This document shows, piece by piece, positions 50,064 through 61,809 of a stretch of 64,000 bases of DNA. Below the pieces are notes generated by a model. It was not told the origin of the DNA. It saw only the letters and a list, made by a program, of their open reading frames with translations, and made no database searches. This DNA comes from Geosiphon pyriformis uo1 (lineage: Eukaryota; Fungi; Glomeromycota), in contig JAAOMT010000480.1 of assembly GCA_016748015.1 (NCBI GenBank), positions 930,001 through 994,000 on the forward strand, read 5' to 3'. The number at the start of each line of letters is the position of its first letter. The first letter of the stretch is position 1. Position numbers and translations under genes: made by a program.

Positions 50064-52162
50064 GTAACAGAAATAATAATTTTATCGTTGATTGATCCAA
50101 TTTCTCAGTGATTCAGAAAATTTTTAGAGGATAGACGAGTTTTCTATTTTAAATCTTTATATGTGAGATAAACTTATTATATTTTATTAGTGATTAAAAT
50201 TTTACGTGTCTAAGAAGTTAAATTGGCTCGACAAAGAATTTTATTTATTTAAAATTGTGTTTTCACAGTTGGTGACAATATGTAAAATAATGATTGATCA
50301 AAATTTTATTTTGACTTTTATCTTAGTTGAATATTTCCAAAGTCTCTACAATAAATTGATGAACCATTTTTCCCATTTTAACCATCATTAATAATATCTG
50401 ATCAATTTAATTGTTGTATATAAATAAATTTTGTTAGCAAAAAAATTAACTAAAATGTAAAAAGTAACATTATTTTTAACTTTAATATTACCATATGACT
50501 TCAATAAAACAAAACAGAATTCATCAAATGACACAATTTTTTGTTTTAATATAATATTAATTAAGATAAACTTTGTTTTTTAATAATAAATGTATAATAT
50601 AATGTTTTAATTTAGTTTTATGTATATATTTGTAAATAATATGTTAAATATTTATTTATTTCCAGTGCTGTTTAAAAATTTAAATTAATATTTTAAAGTA
50701 TTATATAATAAAAATTTAAAGTATTGTTTTCTAAAATATTTTATATTTTATTAATCATGTATTAACCACTAATGTCATATATTTAGCCATCTTATTTTAG
50801 AATTTCAAAACTATTTTTTTATATATTTAAAAAAATAATTCTTTGTGTAAAAGTTCAAATTTCAATTATCTATAAGTTAAACAATTTATACTTTTAATAA
50901 CTTATTAATAATTATAAAAACCTTAAAATTAATCAGATATCACGTATCTCTTTAGATTTAAAAATTAAATTTAATCTATTATTGATTTTTAGATTAATAT
51001 TATCAATTATAGAATTAATACAAATAAAAACAATTTTTTTATTTTTAATGTCAATTTTTTTAATCTTAAAAATTAAACAGCCATATTTAAAATATTCTGT
51101 ATGATAGCTAATTTTTAAAAATTCAAATAGTGTTATTTTACAAAAACACTTGTAACTATTAATCCAATTAAAATCTGTTTAAATTTAATTAAATCTATAT
51201 GTATTCAAAAAACTTGATAACTCTTTTACATATTTTAATCTTTCTTAAAGTAATTGAATTGCATATTGTTATTAGCTGAAATTTGAGTCAAAATTAACAT
51301 AAAAAATTATTTTTTTAATTTCTATTTATTATTTAGCATATATATTATTATTTAGCCAAATTACTGATAATTATTATTTGATTAATAACTTAATTTGTAC
51401 AATACATAAAGATAGCTAAATGACATAATTAGATTATTTAATAATTCAAACTATGTAATATTAAAAATTTTGCTGAAATATTTAGTAGTTCACCAAAATA
51501 TTCAATGATTTGCAATAAATTTAGTTCTAAAACTCGGAATTGTATTATTTGAAAATGCATAAAAAAAAAAGCTTCTTTTTTAAAAAATCTATTTTAGTTA
51601 TGAATAATCAATAACTTCTTAGCAAATTTGCAATACTTAAAAATAAATTATTATTTAAAAATTTAATACAAATATAAAAAAAAAAATAAACATTCTTTTA
51701 ATATCAATTTTATTATACTATAAAATAATAACTTATTTTTAATTAGCCATTAATTTAATAAATTAATTAGTTTATTTTTGTTTTGGTTATAAATAAAATT
51801 CAACTTTAAAAAGTTTATTATATTTTCCAAATATTAAATTTTAATAAATTCACCATATATGTAGTATTTTTAATTGCTTAAATGAAGTGTGGCCCAACTA
51901 CTACTTATGTAAATACATCTTATAGTACAGGCAACTCATGCTTTTTTCTGCACGTGACCAGCCACCCAATTTATATAAATCATTTTTAAATAAAAATATT
52001 TATAATTTTAAATTAAATAGTATTGAAATGTTAAAAAATACTCTCGATAATAAATTAGATGAATAAAAATATATATTTATCTTTTATGCGATAAGTCTAG
52101 AATATACTGTTTTATGACACAGTTTTAGACTCTTCTTATGTAAATTCTTCATATCTAAACTC

Positions 52163-53462
52163 TTAATCATCTATAGACGCTTCCCACAACTCCTTCTTAA
52201 CTTGTTCGGCAGCAGGACGATTTTCAGGATTAATATCCCAACACTTTACAATTATTTCAGAGATACAAGGTGGAATAAGTGGTGAGGTAATTCTAGGTCT
52301 TTAACCATTCAAAATATCCATTATAAGAAGGTGGTCATGAGAACGATCATGAAAAGAAGGCATTCCTGTTGCTAATTCCCATAATAAAATGGCAAAACTA
52401 TAAATATCACCAGACAAAGTAAACTTTTCTCCTCTTAAAACTTCTGGTGGAATGTATGGAATCACTCCATATATCTTTTTTTCCTTCGCGTCTTTACCTC
52501 TTGTTGTAGGTTGACATAATCCGAGGTCTCCAATACATACCCTACTACGGTAATATTGTAAGATGTTGCCCGAGTGTAGGTCACGATGAACTATACCAGA
52601 ATAAAGAATAATATAAAGTCCTCCAGCTATATTTGATGCGATCCTTAATGAAAATTTGTTGATAAATATTTTCGCATGTCTCCATATTCGGCAAACTGCG
52701 TCACAATTTCATACTCGAGTGTTTCAGCGTTTTGCGTAAATCCCCAAAATTTTAGAGATGTTACCCAAATACTCATTCTTAATATACATAGCTCTTTTAA
52801 TATTTAACTATTAACAGTATAAGAAAAGATAAATTAAGTAAATAGATAATATAATAAATAATGGATAATATAAATAAATAAATAATAGTAAATAAATATA
52901 AATAATAATAGTTTGTTTACCTCTTTTAAACACTTCTAAACTGTTCGTTTTCATAATTTTTATTGCTACTTCTTTACCTATTAATTCTCTTTCATATTCA
53001 TCATTACATCTTATTCACCATTACATCTTATACTTTCTACATCAATTAATCCATCAATTAGGGTTGCTTTATAAATTATACCGAACCCTCTTCTAGCAAT
53101 TTTGTTGATATTTGACAAACGCTCCATGGAATCCATTCATAGTAATTAACTCTACCACTATATTTTCTACTATGTTCATTATTAGTTGAAATATAAATTG
53201 GATTCTTAATTATTTCATCCACTTCTTTATTGCCGCTTGAAAAGTTGCAATAAAGTTTTTCAAAAAATATGAACTTGCATGCAGCGTGATCATTATCACT
53301 TTTGTTTAGAATACTATATTGACAAAGTTTACATTCTCTGTAATCATGTGTTTCTGGACGAGTTATTCTTTTAATTTCTTTTAATTCCGTGGTTAACTTT
53401 AGGTAAATTTCGATAAAAATTGAATAACCTATTATTCGAATAGGGTTTTTTAACATGAACAA
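52163..53462 (-). pseudogene. TKL protein kinase pseudogene
   Basis: YEWIPW then a frameshift before ARGGFG; VAIK; HRDLHSGNIL; GDLGL; YGVIPYIPPE; DIYSF; premature TAA at 52301-52303 (NG*RP); further indels. Confidence 0.85.
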
Positions 53463-53632
53463 GGTTTGTATAAAGAGTAATTTTTTAAAGGCGGAGTTAG
53501 TATATATGTTATTTCTCTGTGTTCAGATACTTAAAAAATCATTTTAATAATCTTATACATCAAGTAATACACAAAGACGCCAAACAAGTTTCCCATTGTC
53601 AACATTGTCTTGTTGTAGTTCAATTTCTTTGC

Positions 53633-53699
53633 AGAACAATAATAACAATAACAACAATAACAACAATAATAATAACAATAACAACAGCAACAGCAACAA
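53633..53699. repeat. Imperfect (AAC/AAT/CAG)n trinucleotide tract
   Basis: Directly visible. Confidence 0.75.
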
Positions 53700-54920
53700 G
53701 AGGTTTAGGCTTTGATCAAAAATGAAAATTTCATTGATTATTTAATTGATATTATTAAATAAGGGTGATAGTAGGTTAAAAATGAATCAATAACTCTCTG
53801 TTTATCAGATAGTGAGTATTTATGATTAAATTTTAAGAAGATAAAGTTAGCATAATTATAAAAATTTTTATTAATCTCATTTGAATATTTTCAAATTCTA
53901 ATATTACAATAATCTTTAGAAAATAATTAAACAATTCTTTAAAAATAATTATATTTTTATGTACTCTATTAATATAAATCTAATATATTTAGATAATTTT
54001 TTCTTTTTTTACGAAATTAATAATAAGTAATTTAATAATTTTTTAAAATATTTTATAAAGTTAAAACTTTCTAATAACTTGTATACTTTTTGAAAAGATA
54101 TAAAAGTAATGACGACAACAATGTTATCAAAATTATTTAGCAAATTTCAAAATTTCAAAAAACCCCCAACACTGTAAACGTTAATTTTGTTTATGACTTA
54201 ATAATACCAAATTTTTTATTTATTCCCATCACCACTCATTTTGTTTATTCACCATAAAATTGAATTTTAAAGCCCTTAAATATTTTCAGTGTAATTGAAA
54301 TCACTAAATTAAATCGCGTTCTTATTTGCTCCTATCAATATTAGATTGTTCCATAAAAACTTACTCACAAATGTTACAAGATCAGTAAAGTCGTGCATAG
54401 AAATTATGAAATTGATGAAAAAAGCTTCATTCTGCCTAAACATATCCGACACTATAATATATAACTCATAATTGAGGTAATTATTAATATAAACAAACAA
54501 ACAAATAATAAATAAATAAAATTTTTATTGTCAAGTAAAAGCTTTTATTAAATTTATTATGATTATTTATATCTCAATATCGAAAACAAATATAAAATTT
54601 ATTTGTTATAAATAATTAATAATTTAATATTTAAAAAAAAATTGTAATATTTATTCCTAATTTATGTTGATTATTATTATTTTTCAAACTTAAAATAAAT
54701 TTAAAATTTTTCATTAATATAAAATATAACTTGCTCTTGTAATTTATTTAAAAAAAATTTTTTTAAAAAATAATTAATATCTATTATTAAATTTTAAAAT
54801 TATTAATTGAAATATAAAATTATAATAATTTTATTATTTTATTTTATTTTATTTTATTGGCAATCACAAATTATTTATTAATCTTCAAATTTTCTTTATG
54901 ATTATGATTTTGAAATGATT

Positions 54921-55461
54921 TACAGTCTGGTAAGAAAAAAATTGGAAAAATATGGAAACAGAATATTAGATAAGTGGCTGAGCTCTAAAAAAATTTCTTG
55001 TGTATTAACTAATAGTTATTTTTTAAATTTGTCTTTGAAATGCTGACTTCAAAGCAAGAAACACAATGGCAAGTCGTATTACATTTTTGGAAGCAAGGAA
55101 TACAAAAGGCGAAAGAAATACAGAATAAAATGAATATACCCCTTTTTATAATCTATAATATCCTCGAAAAACTCAAAAAAAAAAAGGAACAATAAAGCAT
55201 GCGGATGGTAATAATCGGCCAAAAAAGATTATGGGAAATGCTTCGAAAGTATTAGGGCAGATTATTTATAGAGATTTCTTAGTTTCGTCTAGATATTTAG
55301 CAATAGAGTTGGCTAAGAAAGAAAGAAATATTTCTCATGTTACTATTCAAAACCATTTATCCAACCTTAATTATAAAAAAAGTCTTCCTAAAGCAACTTC
55401 AATGTTGACTGAAGAGCATAAGCGAAAACGTGTAGAATGGGCCAGACTGTATATTAATTGA
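54921..55461 (+). mobile_element. 5'-half Tc1/mariner element: putative left TIR plus truncated transposase DNA-binding region
   Basis: TA|CAGTCTGG.. end. ATG at 55040: MLTSKQETQWQVVLHFWKQG.., frameshift in poly-A, GNNRPKK..ISHVTIQNHL..MLTEEHKRKRVEWAR; truncated before the DDE domain. Confidence 0.8.
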
Positions 55462-56298
55462 ATCAAATTAAACATTCACTTTGCTACTTTGTTATAATTT
55501 CTTTATTATTAGATTTATATCATTCTTGAATACTTTTTTTTTGTATTTGTTAGCATATACTTTAATTTATAACATTATTATAAATAACGAATACCATTTT
55601 AATTTTACAAAGATATAAAAGTATTAATTTATAAATTAATTTATTATAAGAAATTGTATCATATAATAATTTTTTTAAAAATTTAAAAATAATTTTATAA
55701 ATAAAAATGTTAAATATTTTGTGCAAATAATTTTTTGATACAATTTTAAACACAATTCTAGACTATCAATTGTACTGTGTAATAATATTTATTTAATTCA
55801 AGCACTAAAAATTTTCGGAACGCTTTAAATGGAAATATATATATATATATATATATATATTTATTTATTAAAGTAAAAAAAAACAAGTGCATCGACAATA
55901 TATTAAAATAATTAATTATTTGCATAAAATTTGTTACCCAAATCAGCCTTGAGGTGATTTTCAAAATAAATATGCGAGGATTAAAGAAACAATGATGTTT
56001 TAGCTGCCTTATTTGTTAATCCTTAAATGGAATTCATTCAATCATATGTATAAACCAATTATGTTGTTGTTGTTGTAATAGAATTGGCTAAACCTGTTAT
56101 TGAAATGAATGAAAATGAATGAGAATAGATAATATGCTGGATTTTAAACAAGATTATTAATCAAAATTACTGTTATTGTTTAATGACTAACGATTGTCTA
56201 TCGCTGATCATGCACACATATGGACTTTCCAGAGATTTAAAATATATGCAAATGACCGTTTTTCTCTGAATATTATGTACCTCTTCTCTTTCTAAAAA

Positions 56299-57322
56299 AT
56301 GCAATTTTTATTTGAAATTTGTCTTCCCACTGAGATACTTCAAGATATTTTTAACCGACTAACTACCAAGAATGATTTATTCTCTTGCGCGCTTGTTAAT
56401 CGTCAATGGTGTCAAGTTGCCGTGCCTATATTATGGAAAAATATTTTGGAAGCCAAAAATCGAATAAGAATAGTTGAAGTGTTTCTATTCTGTTTACCAG
56501 AAGCTGACAAAGAATCGTTATCTCATTATGAAATTCCCATACCCAAATTTCGACAACCGGTTGCAACATTTAATTACCCTTCATTCTTGAAACTTATTTG
56601 TTTGAACGACATTTATCATGACATCAAGGATTATATTTGTTCTTGTTGTAAACCCGCAAGTATCAATTCCACCCGAGTTGCTGCAGAACAAATAAGATTT
56701 TTGCAAAAGATTTTGTTAGAATATTTTGCCAGAAATTCTCCCAAACTCTCGTCGATGATTATTGATCAACGTGGTGGGTTGCTTGTACCACTCCTGGTCA
56801 ATTCTGAACTCGATTTATTGACAGCAAGAATCACAACACTTAAAATACATTGGGAATTTAACATTTTTCCAGCGCTTCAACTGCTCTCAAATACAAAATT
56901 ACAGAACATAGTAAGTCAAAGTATTTCTTGTTCAATTTGATTTCATATTTTCTCGATATTTTATTTATTAAAATAATAATTACAATTTTTTTTTTGATAC
57001 AAAGCAAAATTTAGACTTTGACTTACAAAATGGAAAAGTTCTGGAACTATTTAAATTCATAAAAATGCAACGTAATCTCAACACTTTGAAAATTAAATTA
57101 GGATATATAGGTTATGAAAATATCACCTTTGATGAAATTAGTTCTGTTATAACACAAAATTCTCGCACACTTGTGACACTTTCACTTAATGAATGTGGAT
57201 TATTGGAAAGAAAAATTTTTGATATCCTATCACTTTGCATTAAACTAGAAGTTTTTGAAATCATAAATTGTTATACAGAAACATATCAAATCACTAATTA
57301 TGTAAAATTAATACGGCAATGA
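56299..57322 (+). CDS. F-box protein with degenerate LRR-like C-terminus
   Basis: LPTEILQDIF..LFSCALVNRQWCQVAVPILW, FNYPSFLK. Exons 56299-56910 and 57005-57322 in frame; LxxLxL repeats. The 3' end is uncertain. Confidence 0.88.
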
Positions 57323-57390
57323 ATGAATGAATGAATGAATGAATGATTTTTTGATTTGTACATAAATATTTAACTTTTTTTTTTCTGATG

Positions 57391-57427
<37 letters not shown>
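57318..57427. repeat. (GAAT)n and (ATA)n microsatellites at the 3' end of the F-box gene
   Basis: Directly visible. Confidence 0.85.
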
Positions 57428-57428
<1 letters not shown>

Positions 57429-58577
57429 GGAATATTTATTTTGTCAATAATAGAAATAAATAAATAGCATTGACATAGCCTCTTTTTTATCCATTTCTAG
57501 TAACATTATTTTAAATGTTACAACAGTAACAATCTTCTCCCGTATCATACGAAATACTTGATCGTAATACCACCAACTAACTTTAAATAAATATGCATTG
57601 AAAAATTATAAGGGATTAAATTCAAAACCTTTTTTTTTTTTCAAATAGAAAACTGTAAAGAAAAAATTTATTTTATTTTATTATGTATAATATTTTTGAA
57701 TAAAGCAATATTTTTTTAAAAAAAAAAAAACTAAATAAAAAGCTTTTATTGAAAAACCATTAAAATATAACAAAAATTATTAAATAATGGTAAAAATTTA
57801 ATAATAATTAAATTATTAAAACTTTTTTAATAACCAATATCAAAAACAAAAATATTAATTTAAAACATGTGACAAAATGTTTAATTACAAAAAATTATAT
57901 TTAGTGTTTAAATTTTATTTCTTTTGATATTGAATTAAGTTCCATCACCAGATCCTTAAATTTTTATTTCTAAAAGTTAGGAAAAACATATTCACAATAA
58001 TGAAAGCCAGGTTTTTTGATGAATTTTTAGTTGGATTATCAAAAAAAACTTTATGGCTATTAGGGGATAAACCATAATTTAAAAAAAAAAAAATTCACAG
58101 AGAATGTTCGTTTAATCTATGCATTCTCTTATTTGATATCACTTTTTCGATTCTCATTAAAAAATATTAAATGTGGCTTGTTAAAGATGACATCAAAATT
58201 TTAAATCTTAAAGTATCCAAATTTGAATCTAGCCTTTAATAATAAAAACAGAACGGCTTTGAATATGAGAATTTCAGAAAAAGGAAAAATAAGGTATTTC
58301 CTTTATAATGGCTTTTAAAATTGTTTATTTGTGGCGTAAAAATTATTGATAATCAATCACTACGGATTATTTTCCAAAAAAAAAACCTCCCCCCCCAATC
58401 TCAAGGTAAAAGCTTTAAAAATCTACTATTTCAAAGATTGATCAAAATTTTCGAAACCACTATTTCTGAAACAAAAAGTTCTTCTTATTAATTTATTAAT
58501 TAATTCTTTTTTTCTTTCTTTCTTTGTTAAAAGTTAACAAATTTTAAAGATTTCCTTTTCCAAATTCCTGTAAAAGA

Positions 58578-59751
58578 ATGGAGAATCCGCCACAAAATAC
58601 TTTAGAGCCTTCCGATATTCTTCCTAGAAGAGTCAGGGTTTCAAATACGTATTGCTGCTTTTGTATTAATTTAAGACCGGCGGTCATTGCGATCAGTGTT
58701 TTTTGGGCGGTAATTTTTAACTTGAAAAAGTTTTTGAATTCAATATAAAATTTGAAGTATACCCACCCATAAAAGAAATAATTTATTTCCTTTTTGTTTT
58801 CGCTTCATAGTTCTATGCACTCTACAGAGTGATTATAGATTTTATCAATTTTCAATATAGGGATACCATTACAGATGATTGTAAGAATTTAAAATTTTTT
58901 CAAGTTCAGACTAACAAAAAAATTTAAAAATTAAAAAGAAATCTTTCAAATTGAAACATTTATCTAATGAAAAATTCTTTAATCTTTTTTTTTAGTCACA
59001 CATTACACGCGTAATTTTAATCTTATTGATGGAATAGTTTCTTTAATCATTCTGCTAGGAGCAACATTCGGAATAGTTGTCGTCGGCTTTACCGTACGTT
59101 TTCATTTTTCACTTTTTTTTTTTACGATTTAGAATAATTTAAATAATTTTTTTTTATTTAAACCCCATCCACAAAAAAAAATATATTCTTTCTTAAAAAA
59201 TATTCTCTTTTTACAAATTTTTAGCGTGATATACAACTTTTAAAGATCTATGAAATCATCGGCTATCTAATCGCAACAATTCGATCAGTAATCGAAATAG
59301 CTAGTTTCATCATTTTAATCGCTTACAAAAATCAATTTATCGACTTTTGTAATAGTTCAATTGTTCCTATCGATAAAGTGGACGCAAATACTTATTTCGT
59401 TTATGAAGTATCAGGGGATAACAGCCAAGGTGCCACAATAATTTTTAAGAGAAAAGATTGTGAAACGGCTTATAGGTGGTTAGTGCCAGAAATTTTTTTT
59501 AGAGCGTTTTTTACTACTTTGCTCTCGGTGAGTTAGTTTATTTCATCAAAAAATTGAAAATAGAAATGACTATTTGAGATAAAAATTATATATATATATA
59601 TAAATATTTTTATTATTAATTTTAGATTTACTTCGCGATTGTGATTTCGTCATATACCAGGGAGCGTCGAATCCAAGCCATACTTGATGATGCACATGAA
59701 ACAAATACTCCACCTATTCCAGATGATTCGAAAGAATTAATCGAAAAATAA
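58578..59751 (+). CDS. Uncharacterised 4-TM membrane protein, family A copy 2
   Basis: Exons 58578-58709, 58811-58880, 58996-59093, 59225-59527, 59626-59751: MENPP..YCCFCINLRPAVIAI..|..|FTHYTRNFNLIDG..GATFGIVVVGFT|..KNQFIDFC..KDCETAY..|IYFAIVISSYTRERR..EK*. Absent from the ORF track. Confidence 0.85.
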
Positions 59752-60666
59752 GGTATTAGAAGGAATATTAGAAGGATATAAAAATTAATAATGAGTCTTT
59801 AAATTATACATTTATCTTTGTGTCATTTACAAGAGTTTAAGAGGACTCATTTGTTTTTTTTTTAATTCTTTAAATTTTTAAATTTTTTTCATCCTTTTTA
59901 AAAAATTAAAAATTTTTCTTTTTTGTAAACTAATTTGATTTCTTCTTTCAAAAAATCTGGATTAAAAGAAGATAATAAAAAAGGATATTAGATACCCACC
60001 CACAATAATGATCTTTCACCCACCCAAGTTTAAACATTTACCTTTTTATTTTCCAACCTAACTGTATCAATCAAACTAGTAAAAGCCCCATATTTAATAC
60101 TCTGTATTTTTTAAGTATGACGTTACTTAATTAAAAATTTTTCCCAATGCCAAGCTATTTGTAGATGTATCTGAAGGACATTTCATATGCCTTTAAGATA
60201 TATAAAATCTTAGTAGGGAATATCATTTTCTGTACAATTATTTAATTTTTCAGGGGGAAATTACCCGTTTTCAAAGTATTGGTTGAACCATCTGACCACG
60301 ATTTTCACCCACCGACCCACCCACATCAGTATACATGTACATATATGAAAGCAACAGAACTTTTTTTTCCCATATGCTTATGGTCAATCAAATAAAAATT
60401 ATACTTTACTAAAATGGTTAATAAAAGGGAAACATTCTTTTATATCTTTGGGGATCACGGGAAATTTTAAAATTTATTAAAATTCCACCCAATAAAAAAC
60501 TTTATACAGGTAAACGGAAATAAAATTCTAATAATTTTACATCTTTTAATTATATCATAATTTTTATGTTTCTCTCTGGATCTAAAAAATAAATAAAATA
60601 AAATAAAAAGTATTTCATACCTGTAAACCCTCCCTCCCTCCCTCCCTCCCTCTCAAATTTTGATCT

Positions 60667-61472
60667 TTAATTATATCTATAAAACACTATTAACCATAAA
60701 CTTTTCAAAAATAATGTCGCAGCACAAATTATTAACAAGATAGCTTTCATATTACAATATGAATTTTCTTTACAACTTTCTTGACGTAGAATTAACACGA
60801 GAAAAGGAATCACAGTTCCGGTATTTATCAATGAAATAATATCCCATATGCTGGTATGTAGACTATGTCCGAACGCATTCATATGTCCTATATCTTCTTT
60901 TCCTATTAAAATTATTTTAAAATGGTTTGATAATAGTGAATTCAAGGAATTTAACATTTATAAATTTTTTTCTCAAAATCATATATTACCTATGAACCAG
61001 ATTATACCACAAAGAGCTCTTGCGAAAAATTGACATTGATTATTAGATGGCTTCAATTGTAAAAGAGCCATTGTACATCGTGCGACTATATCCAAACTAA
61101 TATTTAATGATACAAAAAATTGTTGGACAGTCTATTTAAAAAAAACAAAAACATTAGACACATGTTAGAATTTCGAAAAAAAAAAAATCCAAATGTAAAA
61201 ACTTTTTTAATTTTCGTTACCTCTACGGGATATGTAGCTATAAATCCCAAAGTACCAATAATAAAATAAATATTAAGAGAAATTGCTAAAATCCAAGCTA
61301 TGATTCTGGCCACATATTTTGCCGCCTTAAAACATTGTACTTTTTGTCGTGGTGGTCCAGGGACAAATTTATATCGTATAGTCTTTTCAAATGTATCAAT
61401 TCCATCGGCTAGATCGCTTATTGAATTTTCGCGAGTTGGTGAATCAATTATAATTTCTTTTGATTCATTCAT
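60667..61472 (-). CDS. Uncharacterised ~5-TM membrane protein, family B copy 5
   Basis: Exons 61472-61221, 61131-60990, 60902-60667: ..AISLNIYF..YPVE|TVQQFF..SLDIVARC..IWFIG|KEDIGHM..WDIISLINT..RQESCKENSYC..FLKSLWL..*. Confidence 0.85.
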
Positions 61473-61500
61473 TCATTCATTCATTCATTCATTCATTCAT
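61463..61500. repeat. (ATTC)n microsatellite overlapping the start codon of family B copy 5
   Basis: Nine CAT (ATG on the minus strand) at 4-nt spacing. Confidence 0.9.
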
Positions 61501-61731
61501 TGATTGGTCAATCGAATGTTCCCATGTTATAATTTCAAAAAATAAAAAATAAAAAAATTGAGCATCTTTATCAAGAAATAATCGTCAAAAAACTTTATAT
61601 ACATTTAATATTTACCAAATCCAGTTTCTAATTCAGAATTTTCCATGGTATCATGATATTCCTAAAGAAAGGCCTCCAAAATAGCAGAGAATTATTATTT
61701 TGTTTCAAAAATTTAAAGTTGTGTAAATCAC

Positions 61732-61753
61732 CATCATCATCATTATTATTAGA

Positions 61754-61794
<41 letters not shown>

Positions 61795-61809
61795 CATCAT
61801 CATCATTAT
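61732..61809. repeat. Compound (CAT)n-(TAT)n-(CAT)n microsatellite
   Basis: Directly visible. Confidence 0.85.
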
